From assembly GCF_006345805.1 (NCBI RefSeq), contig NC_043001.1:57164001-57228000 (forward strand): DNA of 64,000 nucleotides, in the 5' to 3' direction. This DNA comes from Octopus sinensis (lineage: Eukaryota). Under the pieces are notes generated by a model. That model had not been told where the DNA came from. It made no database searches and saw nothing but the letters and a program-made list of their open reading frames with translations. Of the stretch, positions 51,443-64,000 are shown piece by piece (the first letter of the stretch is position 1; each line of letters begins with the position of its first letter). The translations under genes and the position numbers were made by a program.

Positions 51443-53034
51443 TGTGTGAATGTGTGTATGTGTGTGCGCGTATTGCGGTAACATTCCGTGGATCCTTGCA
51501 TGGTGATTTTTTGGGAAAATTTCCAAAAAAATAAAAGTTAGAATGCTACTGCATTCTATATCCAGAAATTAATGACATTGTGATTGAAACCTAATTAAAA
51601 TTGCATGACCGTTTTAAAATACTTGTGTGGTTCAACATTTGTTTTTTGTTTATTACTCAGAATGACATTTCACAAAAACTATTACAATTGAAATAAATGA
51701 ACCTTTTTCTAAAATAATTGTGTGACTGAAAGTAACCCTTATGAAAAATAAATTGAAAATTTAGAAGAAATGGGATTTAAATTAGTTGCCATTCAAGGCT
51801 GTATCAGGAAAGCGATAGTAACTAGATCTTTTACTTGAAACGATATCTCAGATAAAAGCTTAGTTTTACCGAAGAATAGTCTTCATTTGACGCTGATGAT
51901 CTTATATCAATATAACTTACAAAAGAATAAAAAATGATTTGTGAAGTGACTAAAAGAAATCGTGTCTAGTAGTCCTTTAGATGCATATACATTTTTTCTA
52001 TTCACAGACATTCGGTCAGAAATATACACACATCTTTTACATTCTGGACTGCAGAGATAAGAAGATATTGAAGATTAAGTAGACGTTTAAAAAGAAATCT
52101 GTCCGCAATCAGTCTTGATTTGGAAACAATATTTGCAGGTTTATCTTAAGGAACCAGTGGCATGTTTAAGCTAGTAAGGATATCAACTTCGTTATTGTGA
52201 ATTCATTTGGTGTTTGTAATATTATTTTGAAGGAAACTAAAAACTGTGATGAAGCGAAATTGCCAACAGACTTCTCCAACATCACTGACAAGTTACAATT
52301 TCGCATAAAGCTAATAGTAGCACATAAAATATATATTTCTCTATTAAATAATAGAGACGGAGTACTTGTTTTGTTGACCTTATATTCACGGAACAGTACA
52401 CAAAACATACATACATACATACACCTCCCACCCCACCCCCACACACACCAACACACACACACTCACACACACGCACACATATATATAAATCTTCTCAACC
52501 CGCTATGTTGAAATCTGCAGGCCCTTGGAAGTGTTTTGCGCCCAGTCAGAGCAGCCTCAATATGAAAATTTCAATACGGAGCAAATATTCAGGAGTGAAT
52601 ATTTATATAGATATTATTATTGCTATTATTATCAAGGGCAATATAAATAATTGAGAATAATAGCAATAATAATATAAATGGTTGCAGGCCTAAATTAGCA
52701 TTGTATAGCCATTATATAGCCAATAATCGATTTATATCAAACCAGAAACCGGTCCACACGTATACTAATGCCAAGAAATTTATAGCATTCTGCTAAATAG
52801 GGATGTGAAAGATCTTTTCAATCCGTTTGCCCGAAAAACGTCGTTTTCTGCTGTAATTTTCAATATTATTATTCGTGGTTTAATGAGAGTTTTAACTCTT
52901 TTGTCTAGTACGCAGGCACATTCGTGTGCCTTTATCATATGAATTTTAAACATATGACTATATAATGCTTATTTAGGCGTGCAATCACAACTTATTATTG
53001 CTGTTATTATCATTTTTTATATTGCATTCAATAT

Positions 53035-53089
<55 letters not shown>

Positions 53090-53091
<2 letters not shown>

Positions 53092-53743
53092 TATAGCATT
53101 TATACTCTAAAAGAGGCAACCCTTTACAGGACACTTTACATGCTAGAGAGGGCAGCAAAATTAGAATTACTTCCGTGGTTTGGGTTTGGCTGCCTTCTCT
53201 AGCATACACTATTGACTTTTATCACGCTTGCTAGTCATTGGTTTGAAATATTTCTAAATTTTCTACCCTTTTAATTTTGACAGTAAAATTTTCATAGTTT
53301 CAAAGCTTGTTAAGCTGTATTAATTTTATCACTTGCTACTGAAAATTTGACTGCGCTTTCGCGGTTGATTTGAAAATATAAATATAAAAGTATGCAGCGC
53401 ACATGGAATTTCGCTGCGATGTACTGCATAATCGTCTATTACTTAGGCGATCCTACTAATGAAGTATTGACGATAAATTAATTTATTTGCTCATTAATAC
53501 AGAAACTAGAATTTGGGATTAACTGTAAATAATTGTTATTTTCATTCTTTTTGAAATTACTTCGTGGTTTGAGTTTGGCTTCCCGCACTAGCATGTAAGG
53601 AGTTCTGTAATCAGTCGCCTCTTTTAGAGTATAAATACTATACATTTTATATATATGAAAATATGTAGTCTATTCACTTTTATTACGCATGCTAGCCACT
53701 GGTATGAAATTTTTCAAAATTTTCTACCCTTTTAATTTTCACA

Positions 53744-53745
<2 letters not shown>
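53090..53745. repeat. Foldback/MITE-like complex of direct and inverted ~70-bp repeats
   Basis: 53092-53160 is inverted to about 53572-53642; 53163-53205 and 53216-53283 repeat directly at about 53555-53595 and 53678-53745; internal hairpin atgctagagagggcagc/gctgccttctctagcat. Confidence 0.75.
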
Positions 53746-53796
<51 letters not shown>

Positions 53797-53820
53797 TATA
53801 TATATGTATATATATATATA

Positions 53821-54096
53821 TATTCTGTTGTGTCTGGGGAGTATCATTTTGTTTGTGTGCCTTATAATATAACACACTCACCGGTAAAATTTCCACTTAT
53901 TTTTATTTTCCTAAAACTTTCGTTGCGTCTTGCAATCTTTTCAGTAGTCTTGACTCTCAAGACTATTGAAAAGATTGGAAGACGCAACGAAAATTTTAGG
54001 AAAATAAAAATAGGAAATAAGTGGAAATTTTACCGGTGAGTGTGTTATATTATAAGGCTCAAAAAGAAAATGACTCTCTCTAGATACGACAGAGTA
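53821..54096. mobile_element. Long palindromic MITE-like element (~135-bp arms, centre about 53955)
   Basis: ccttataatataacacactcaccggtaaaatttccacttattt and ctaaaactttcgttgcgtctt are matched by their reverse complements; both strands give the same YNITHSPVKFPLI peptide in the ORF track. Confidence 0.85.
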
Positions 54097-54147
54097 TGCT
54101 TCAACACTCAAACTCACATAAGTAATCTTGCGAACCAAATCCAAAAA

Positions 54148-54194
<47 letters not shown>

Positions 54195-54299
54195 CAAATG
54201 AATAAACTAGAAAAATAATTAGTGGGTTAATATTTCTTTATGGGTACCAGGGTGTATAAATAAGTAAATAAAACTAGTAGTTAAGTATAACCGGATTCG

Positions 54300-54520
54300 T
54301 CGTAAATAGCGCTAATTAACCTTTATCCAAAACATACCCATAAAGACATATTGGAGTGTATATATAATGGGAAATTATGATGGACATAAATGGGATTTGT
54401 GTGTGGGTGTAGGAAATACAGAGAGAGGAGAAGGAGAGATAGGAGAAAGGATTAGAAAATAAGATAGTGGTAAAAGGGAACGTGTGCTTCAGACCGAAGG
54501 GCATTCGACTACAGAGCGGT
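54300..54520 (-). mobile_element. Extreme 3' end of a PLE GIY-YIG ORF and its 3' non-coding region
   Basis: Minus strand ...RMPFGLKHTFPF parallels the P.GLN end of PLE ORFs (compare 1230-1260). Confidence 0.45.
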
Positions 54521-54605
54521 AATAATAAAAAGTGATGAGAAAGGATAAATGATTATCTCATGAAAATAACCATACGCTTCATGTTTTATAATTATATGTA
54601 TATGC

Positions 54606-54672
<67 letters not shown>

Positions 54673-54704
54673 ATATACATACATATATATATATATATAT
54701 AATA

Positions 54705-54757
<53 letters not shown>

Positions 54758-54789
54758 CATACATACATACTTACACACACACACAAACA

Positions 54790-54990
54790 TATGGGCAAAT
54801 CAAAATCAAAATTAAAAGCAAAAGCACGGAAACCTGCAAAAGTAAAAAAAAGAAGTAACGTGACGTTTCCAGTATGGATCCTCATCAGAAACGGGAACGA
54901 GGAAGAAATCCAAAGAATGAAAAGTAATTAACCGGGAGGGGACAAACACAGCGACGCTCGTTTTTGAAGGTAAGGGAGCACAAAAATGGC
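54790..54990 (-). mobile_element. Short HHR-family element with decayed hammerhead at 54855-54892
   Basis: Minus strand gttt-CTGATGA-ggatccatactg-GAA-ACGT-C. Core and ACGT palindrome are intact; helices I and II are degraded. Confidence 0.55.
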
Positions 54991-55310
54991 CTATATGAGT
55001 GTTTGTTCGTATATGTAAGTGTGTGTATGAGTGCATGTATGTGACTGATATGTGTGTAGAATGTGTGGTACACACACACATACGCATATATGTTTTGTGC
55101 ATGAATGCTCATGTGAAAGCTCCTGCGCACTGCCTTTGAAGTTATGCTCTCGATCGTTGGGTTAAAGCTTTCTTTCACGATCTGATTACTGTATTGTAGC
55201 ACGGAGGGAGGTATTACATTTCCATGCTGATTCAGTTCACGTCTCAGTCGCTTATTCCTCTCTTATAAATTCCGAATTCATGAGAGTATAGGCTCCCAAA
55301 AAAACATGTA

Positions 55311-56589
55311 CGAGGGGCTTTCAATAAGTAATGCCCCTGACCCACTTCCCATACCAGTAGAGCAATGGAACTTGGCACAGTTATTGGTCTTTTTCTACAT
55401 AGGAACCACTCAGAGTTACGCATTTCTCCCATCGTTTGATCCAGCTCTGGAGACCGTTTTTGTAAAAGACCTCAGCTTGGTCCTCCATCCACGCCGTGGC
55501 TTTAGAAATCAAGGCTGCATCATCTGGGAAATGCTTTCCTTTAAAAAACAACTTCATGGCTGGGAAGAGGTGAAAATCAGAGAGTGCAAGGTCAGGAGAT
55601 GGGAGAGGAGTTCATAGCCGCACGCCTGTGCTTCTGATCTGGCGACACGCGAGTTGTGGACCGGAGCGTTGTCCTGCAGGAGGAGGATACATTCGCTGAT
55701 CTTGCCCCGCCTCTTGATTTTGATAGCTTCTCTTAATTTCCTCAAAAGTGAAGCATAATAGGCTCCTGTAATTGTGGTACCCTTTGCCAGGAAATCTGTC
55801 ATCACTACTCCGTCCTGGTCCCAGAAGACTGTGAGCATGACCTTGCCAGCGGAGGGCTGCACCCTTGTCTTCTTTGGAGGAGGTGAGTCACGGTGCTTCA
55901 ATGCATTGACTGGGCTTTGGTCTCTGGATCATAGTGATGGACCCAGGTTTCATCCTGTGTAATCAGTCTTTTGAAAAATTTTGACTCATCTTGGTACGTC
56001 TCCAAATTCATCCTCGAGCATTCGACGCGTTCTTGCTTCTGGAAAAGTGCGAGCAGCCTGGGAATCCATCTGGCAGACACCTTTTGCATATGCAAATGGT
56101 CATGAATGATAGTTTCCACTGACCCGGTACTAATTTTGACCTCATGTGCTATTTGGCGAATAGTTATGCGTCGATGTTCCAAAATGGCAGCCTCAACTTG
56201 GCGGACAGGTGCCTCATTAATGGCAGAAGTGGGGCGAACAGATCTGGGAGCTGTTTCCACAGAGTTCCGACCATGTTTGAATTCACTATGCCAGCGTTTT
56301 ACAAGGTCATATGATGGGGCATCATCACCATAAGTTACTTTCATTTCATCAAAAGTCTCCCGTGGTGTGCGTCCTTTCAAATACAAAAACCGGATCACTG
56401 CTCGACACTCAACAGGCTCCATTTCACACTTGACTCAGTTCAAACACCTGTAGATCAGAAACCATAATTAGTTCAGAGCTGTAATTTGCCACCTAATCTA
56501 TAGAGATATAGGTAATTGCACATGCAAAATTTCAACTAGATCAATCACCTGGAAGTGGGTCAGAGGCATTACTTATTGAACGTCCCTCG
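55311..56589 (-). mobile_element. Full-length mariner (DD34D) transposon, 1279 bp, 39-bp TIRs, TA target-site duplication
   Basis: TIRs cgaggggctttcaataagtaatgcccctgacccacttcc (55311-55349) and 56551-56589 match at 36/39; TA at 55309-55310 and 56590-56591. Confidence 0.97.
55381..56422 (-). pseudogene. Mariner transposase pseudogene (lesions near 55900 and 55610)
   Basis: MEPVECRAVIRFL..., WIPRLL (WVPHEL motif), TQDETWVHHYDPETK, KVMLTVFWD and LLQDNAPVH; stop/frameshift after QSMH; deletion in the HPPYSPDLAPSDF motif; terminal TAA at 55381-55383. Confidence 0.95.
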
Positions 56590-57003
56590 TAGACATGCAC
56601 ACGTAAGCGCATGCACACGTTTGTGTGTGTGTGTTTTTATGTTTGTGTATGCACGTGCTTCTGTGAGTATGTCTATGTATTTGTGTGTTGGGGTGAGTGT
56701 GTATGCGTATTTATGCATGCATTTTAGTATATTAGTCCTTTAAGTTGGATATTAAACGTACGTGTTAACAATAGTTTTTCAAATGTTCTAATTTATCCTG
56801 TATATACATTCGAAGATGTATAGAAGGGTTTTCAGATTCGTATTAAACTGTATCATTTAAAAAAATATGCATGTGTCTGCATATTCTCTTTTCTCTCTTC
56901 TTCCCCGCACCGCGTATGTGTGTGTGGGTGAGCGTGTGTATGATACATATACATGGATAGAGGGCATGATCTATATAGATGTATACATGTATGTATATAT
57001 ATA

Positions 57004-57168
57004 GGCGCAGGAGTGGCTGTGAGGTAAGTAGCTTGCTAACCAACCACATAGTTCCGGGTTCAGTCCCACTACGTGGCATCTTGGGCAAGTGTCTTCTGCT
57101 ATAGCCCCGGGCCGATCAATGCCTTGTGAGTGGATTTGGCAGACGGAAACTGATAGAAACCTGTCGTA

Positions 57169-57223
<55 letters not shown>

Positions 57224-57421
57224 GTGTGTGTGTGTGTGTGTGTTTGTCCCCCTAGCATTGCTTAACAACCGATGCTTGTGTGTTTACGTCCCCGTCACTT
57301 AGCGGTTCGGCAAAAGACCCCGATAGAATAAGTACTGGGCTTATACAGAATAAGTCCCGGGTCGATTTGCTCGACTAAAGGCGGTGCTCCAGTCAAATGA
57401 CTGAAGCAAGTAAAAGAGTAA
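57004..57421 (+). mobile_element. Full-length tRNA-derived SINE: tRNA head, central (TA)n(TG)n, 3' half with gtaaaaga-type tail
   Basis: A-box-like tggctgtgagg, B-box gggttcagtccc; the best-preserved copy of a family with at least six copies in the window. Confidence 0.92.
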
Positions 57422-57661
57422 AAAAATTTAGAGTAATATATATGTATGTGTGTGTGTGTATATCTATATGTATATATATGTATATATATATGTATATATA
57501 TATGTATATGTATGTATGTATATATACATATATATATATATAGTTAATCTAAACAAGAAAACACAGAAAAAAGAGAAAAAAACACAGTCTGTCATATATA
57601 TATATATATATCAATTATATTCTGCCATATATATATATATATATATCTATATATATATATT

Positions 57662-57724
<63 letters not shown>

Positions 57725-57739
57725 TCAAAATAAAAACAT

Positions 57740-57872
57740 GATACCAAGGATTCAGCGGTACAAGGTTTTGGTCGAGCCGATGGTAGAGTAGAAGACACTG
57801 CTAATTTGCTTTGCAGTGGGACTAAACTCAAAACCACGTGTTGGGAATCAAACTACTTACCACACAACCACA
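57740..57872 (-). mobile_element. Degenerate SINE head
   Basis: gcagtgggactaaactc...ctacttaccacacaaccac resembles the reverse complement of the SINE 5' end. Confidence 0.6.
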
Positions 57873-58700
57873 ACTGCCATCTATAAACTTATAACGACAA
57901 AAGAAGGTTCCACTGAGATTCGAACCCACGACCACAAGTATAGCATTATGGTAAACTTGACAACTGATATTATATTTATCTTTCTATCTATGCACACACA
58001 CACACACATACACATACACACAGACAGGCAGACACACACACAAGTACGTACACATACACACACATTCATGTGTGCATGATGGAAACACGCACACGTATGT
58101 TACGTTATTAATTCCTATGTGTGTGCTAATGTGTGCGTGCGCATACGTGCATATATGTATGAATAGAGATGATGTATGTAATCATGCGTGTAAGAAATCA
58201 TCATGTATGCAACGAAGGAATAAACTCATCTAATTTAAACACTCTTTAGAAATAAGATATTAAATACGGAAACTAAATATACTTAAGAAAATGTTTTCTT
58301 CATATAAAGATCACATTCACACAAACTCGTATATATTTTTCTCCCTGTCATTCTTTCTCCGTACTCTTCCCGCCACTATATATATGTGTGTCGTGCGAGT
58401 GTGTGCGCATCTATGTGCGTTTATTTATATAATCTATATATATGATAACGGTGGTGTGTGGATGTGTGGATAAACAGTCGTATCCAAGAAAGCATTAAAT
58501 GTTATATATCCTATGCATTTACCATGTATATTATATATATATCTGAAATATACGAACACATAAACACTAAAGTATAGGTAACGAATATAGACATATATAC
58601 ATACCATACATAAACATATAAATTAACACAATATATCAGAGCGTGTTTATGTGTATATTTGTATATATTTATGTAAATTCATGTATACACACACACACAC

Positions 58701-58733
<33 letters not shown>

Positions 58734-58762
58734 ACATATATATTTATGGATATGTATATATG

Positions 58763-58820
<58 letters not shown>

Positions 58821-58880
58821 TTATGTATATGCATATATATATGTATACACATATATATATATATATATTTATGTATATAC

Positions 58881-58911
<31 letters not shown>

Positions 58912-59142
58912 GTATATATACTACACACATACACACACATATATACGTGTACACATCAGTTGCTTCCTTGCTTTCTAAATAGTTAATGCTCATCTATATG
59001 AGGAACTTTGCATGCAATAATTCTATTGGCATCTAAATCATTCTGACACACGCATGCAAACACAGATACAGACATAAACAGGAACGCATATGTGTACATG
59101 TGTTTCCGTGCGTGTGTGTATGCACGCGTGTTCGCATTTATT

Positions 59143-59182
<40 letters not shown>

Positions 59183-60439
59183 CACACACATACATATGTA
59201 TAAATGTATATATATATATATATGTATGTATTTATGTATATATATATATATATATATGTACAAATGTATATATATGAATGTGTGTGTGTGGGGGGTACGT
59301 GTATAGTTTCTCTTACTATAGAATACCCTTCCATTGCTGCACTATAAATTACATTTTGTAGTTAAAGAAAGAAATATATATTTTATAGCTAATATACAAA
59401 AATAAACTCTATTGAAATTTTCGCTATTTTGATTTTCAGAATATAATTAAAACACATTTGCAATGCTTAATGATGCAAAACATACGCTAGGATGGTTATT
59501 CAGCTGGGAGAAATGTATGTAGCTCTTCAATGATTTTGTATTAGGAGGTTTAAAAAAACAAATCGAACAGAAAAAAGCAAAAGTAAATTATCCCAGAAGG
59601 TTTCTTTCTGAAATTCATAGTAAGAACACATATTCATGTCCACACTCATAGGTACTAACAAAGAGATTCTTGTATGCATGTGAATGTATGTTCGTATGGG
59701 CGCGCGTGCTTCGTATGTCCGTGTGATGTGTGTTTATATATGTAGATATGTGTATGAATAACTGCTCGCATGCAAATATGTGTGTGTGTGTTCACATATA
59801 CATATAAACATATAAGTTATACATGTACTTATATATATTAATGCATAATATGAGTGTGAGAATACCTGAGTGTCTATTTGTGTACTTGTGTGTACATGTG
59901 TGTATGTATTGCTTCGTGTGCTGTTCTTGGAAAAACGCCTACTTATTAATGTAGGTAATAAAAGAGCAAACGAGTTTTGACAATCAGTGACATATGTAAA
60001 TTACACTGCAGAATGTATTTCCAAAATAAGTAATATTCCCTCAACAACGCACAGTATATTATTTTATTGTGATGTTTTATTTCTAATTGTTGAAGAAGTG
60101 AGGCGTCACTGAAAAATAATAAACTGTTTGAAGACAGGCAAATCTCCGATACTATTTTCATTGCATAAACACAGATTTAGACAGTTTGTGAAAATAAAAC
60201 AGAAAGCAATAAATCCTCAATTAAATTAGTAGGTGAGAGTGTGCCAACGAGGGACGTGTACTGGTGCCCATGACCTGCTATAGTTACGAGCAAAGCCACT
60301 GTGAAACTATTCGTTTTTCTTTCATAAATGGAGAGAACTCATTGGATCATTATAGTCCCAGATTTACAACGCATTTCGAATGACAAGAAAGAGAAAACGG
60401 GATTTATTTTATTTCTTAAATTAGTTTGTGCCGAGATAA

Positions 60440-60580
60440 GCGCAATTACTTGGTTATGAAGTTTGGTTCGAAATCACGCGGACTCTGCTTCAGTCGCACT
60501 GTGCAACCAAGTTGGCAAGTGTCGTCTACCATAGCTTTGGTTGACCGATGCGATGTGCGTGAATTTGGTCGAAAGTAGAA
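60440..60580 (+). mobile_element. Old degenerate SINE head
   Basis: ttcagtcgcactgtgcaaccaagttggcaagtgtcgtctaccatagc...gaatttggtcga resembles the SINE core. Confidence 0.55.
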
Positions 60581-62879
60581 TGGTGATTGTGATTGTATAT
60601 GTTTGCAATCTCACAAACGCACAGGCGCACGCGCACACACATACACACACATACACACACATACACACACACACACAGACACACACACTCACATATAATT
60701 AAATACGTACGAACATACATACACACCTTTCATTATCAAAGTTGATTGTTGTTTTCCGATATAGAAGTATGAATTACGTAAATTGGTTTTGGCTGCTATT
60801 TCTTGCAGGTCATAATCCCCTAATAAATTACCTTCTCGGCTTATATTATTTATTTTGTGGCTATAATAGAATTTCATGTCAGTTCTGTATCAGTCCTGAC
60901 TGAGGAGACCGATTGTCTATAGTCTTTGAGTTGTAAAACTTTATCTAACAGCATTAGTAAGTGGTTACTATTTCTAGCACATATAGCACCGGTAGAGTGT
61001 TTCCCTCATTGACACAAAATAATGGTGACATGTTCGCCTTAAACATATATTTTGATACATTGCCGAAAAGTAATTATAATTATTTAGTTGAGATGATTGA
61101 TGAGGAATTTTGTTTCTGCATATATGTGCCTGCTATGTGAATATGTGCCTGCTTATCTCAGTTTTCTGCTGTATATCTTTTAGTGATTGTACATCTAAGC
61201 ATGAATGGAAATGTGTGGGTACTGTACTTTAGTGTAACTGTATCTGGGGAATATATTAATATTGTTGCATATAATAAGATAATAGCTACAGAATGAGCTA
61301 CTACTCGTGCTGTGCCTATTGGAATAATTTGTTTGAAATAACTTGACATTTAGTTTACTGTGTGTAGAGACTATTTGTATATTTATACATACTGTCCTTG
61401 TTGCATTTAAGCCCTTAGAAAGGAATTAACCTTCTATAGTAGGTGTCACTTTAGAAGAATATTTTCCAACTGATGGCACGAGTAGCTACAACACGGTTCC
61501 ACAGTATGACAGCAAACTACCGATTGAAACCAGAGAAACTATAAAATAGCACTTTCTTATTAACAGTTTTATTTTTTGCTTTTTGTTTAACGCTAGTTGA
61601 ATTCTGATCGAAATGGAATTCGATCAGGGATTTAACAGGGAGCCAGTTGATCATTCCATTCTCTGTTGCCATAATCATATTTAGAAACATAATATCTAAG
61701 TAGTTTTTCGTTTGGTAAAATAGTAGGGTGAGATTTAATTCGCTTAAAGACTGTGTTAACTGGTTTCCTATTTCAAGAATTGTTTCAATTATCCATGATC
61801 TGCTATTTTTCAGAAGCTATGGTTTGATTGAGCCTAATCGAGTTGTTATTTCCAGCAATTTTCAGTACTGCTTTTTAGGTCGTAAAATTATTTGATTCAT
61901 GGCAGAGGATTTGTATAATCATTAGGGTGTCAACAACATTATTGCGCTTTTCCTTTTGGTTCTTTATTTTCTGAGTTCAAAACTTATCGAGGTGAAATTT
62001 GCTATTCATCCCATTCACTCACTGGAGTAAATAAAATAAATTAACAGTCAAGTACTGCGATCAATACAATTAATAATTCTTCTTTCAAATCTGTTAACCT
62101 TGTGCTAGAGTCAGAAATCATTGTTTGCTCTTCTTTATCTCCAAACATTGTAAAATCAACTGCATTAAAAGCATGACAATCCCGTGCTCTCTGAGTTATT
62201 CTGTTCATACTGTCTATTGCGGTATATTTTCATATACGGTAGTAGCGTGCAATTTGAGGGACATGTACTTCTATTTCCAGCATGTCAGAAAAAAAACATA
62301 TAGAATATTTCCCACGGAACGGTTATGCCATGAGTTATTGTCCTTGTTTACTCCCATTTTTAGCTCTGATCATGCCAAGTGATACTGTCTAGTCATTTTC
62401 CTTCATACAGGAACGACAGAATCATATAGTCCAACGTGGCTGTTGCTTGAGGGCGATTTAGCTGCCATTTGTGAATTAACAGCGAAGTAATAGAGTAGGG
62501 CAAAACAGCGTTTCTAATACTGTCGAGATCACATTTGTTTTCATCCTTTCGTTGTAGATAAAACAAAGTCCGCAGATGTTGAATCAGAAATAATCCCTTA
62601 TGGTACCCATTTTAGCAGACATTGTGCTCCGAGTTCTATGGTGATAGGCTAAATACATAATCTAGTTTAAAACAATCACATCGTCATAAGAACGTCTTGT
62701 GTGGATAGCTTCTTTCTTAGAATTCATTATGATTGGACGCGCTACAAATGGAGAAAAAAAGGCTTATGAACACTTCCCTTACAGAATTAACGATAAAAAT
62801 ACAAATAAATTGAAGTAAACTCTTACTTCCATTTGCTCAATGGCTGCGGGGATTTTTTAATAATTTGTTTTATCTTTTA

Positions 62880-63116
62880 TCTTTTTCAGTCATTAGACAG
62901 CGGCCAGGCTTCCGCACCGAATGGAAGAACTTTTGGACCCCCTGTACTATTTTTTATTTTTGCTGATATATATTATATCGGTCTGTTTTTACCGAATCGA
63001 TAAGTTACGGGAACGTAAATAAACCAGCACCCGTTGATAGGTGGTGGTGGGGAAAAACTCAGCCACACACACACATATATACATACGCACATGCACACAC
63101 ACACACACACACACAT

Positions 63117-63152
<36 letters not shown>

Positions 63153-63179
63153 GCTGAACTTATATATATAAATATAAAT

Positions 63180-63215
<36 letters not shown>

Positions 63216-63503
63216 ATATATATATATATATATGTTATAACACTATTCCACATATACAAAATAGCCATACCAACAATCCAACATACTTCTATCATCAGCT
63301 ACCCCACCGATATCATTATGGATTCGACACCTGGGCAATATATGACGGTGTTTAAGTTCCCTTCTACCAAATCCACTCACAAGCTTGTGGTCTGCCCGAG
63401 GCTATAGTAGGAGACACGTACGTCCCCAAGGTGTCACGCTGTGGGTCTGAACCCCGAACCATGTGGCCGGGAAGTGAACTTCTTACCACATAGCCACGCC
63501 TGT
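62880..63503 (-). mobile_element. tRNA-SINE with expanded central microsatellite
   Basis: 3' half at 62880-63060 and 5' half at 63360-63503, both reverse complements of the 57004 family. Confidence 0.8.
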
Positions 63504-63829
63504 TTTATTTATCGTTATTTTTTTATTTATTTCATTTTATTATCATAATTATTTTATTGAAACAATGCCAGTTGAAGAATATTTTTGAATAGGAAAAAAG
63601 TGTACATCAAAATGCTACATTTATATCCCTGTTTACATTGATGAATCTGCATTCATATGTGGCTTAATTTGTTACTTTGATGTTATTGCTTGTCCTATAT
63701 TTGATGTTTTGTCTCCGACTGGTTATTCCAGCCGCTCCCTTCACCACAGATGTTTATTTGTTGCTCTTGTTTGAACATTAAATTTTATTACTTATTCCAT
63801 TGTTTACATATCTTTTGATAAGAGTTGAT

Positions 63830-63859
63830 AATAACAACAATACTACTACCACCACCACC

Positions 63860-63906
<47 letters not shown>

Positions 63907-63930
63907 ACCACCACCACCATCACCACCACC

Positions 63931-63962
<32 letters not shown>

Positions 63963-64000
63963 AACTACTACTACTACTACTACCACCACCACCACCACCA
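63830..64000. repeat. (TAC)n/(CAC)n compound microsatellite
   Basis: Direct reading. Confidence 0.95.

Noticed and set aside
52715-52760. GAAACCGGTC with upstream ccaataa
   Set aside because: Three core mismatches and no helix I or II; too degenerate to support.
61600-61632. Short hairpin ctgatcgaa/ttcgatcag
   Set aside because: A 9-14 bp stem is expected by chance in 64 kb; no supporting context.

Overview
AT-rich eukaryotic (animal) genomic DNA, saturated with (TA)n, (CA)n, (AAT)n and other microsatellites. The tRNA-derived SINE family and microsatellite style match octopod cephalopod (Octopus) genomes as I remember them; this is an inference that BLAST would need to confirm. I could not recognise an intact host protein-coding gene. 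The window is mostly transposon debris: at least five Penelope-like (PLE, GIY-YIG) fragments, R4/Dong-type RLE retrotransposon fragments strung through (TTA)n tracts, L1/Tx1-, RTE-, CR1- and Jockey-like LINE fragments, a decayed Ty3/Gypsy element, and one full-length TA-flanked mariner with a broken transposase. The main signal not explained by the ORF track is a set of minimal type I hammerhead ribozyme (HHR) motifs in short non-coding, microsatellite-embedded elements and PLE 3' ends (about 34385, 34958, 35375, 50627, 50976 and 54855). Most element families use a different palindrome as helix III (ACGT, ACTGCAGT, ACCGGT, AATATT), and two motifs change the core 3-8 pair (U3-A8, G3-U8). Other leads: a ~380-nt multi-stem structured element upstream of a LINE ORF1, several long inverted repeats that would form dsRNA, and a well-bounded candidate exon with a single in-frame TAG. 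Coordinates of decayed elements are approximate. All alignments and folds were done by eye.
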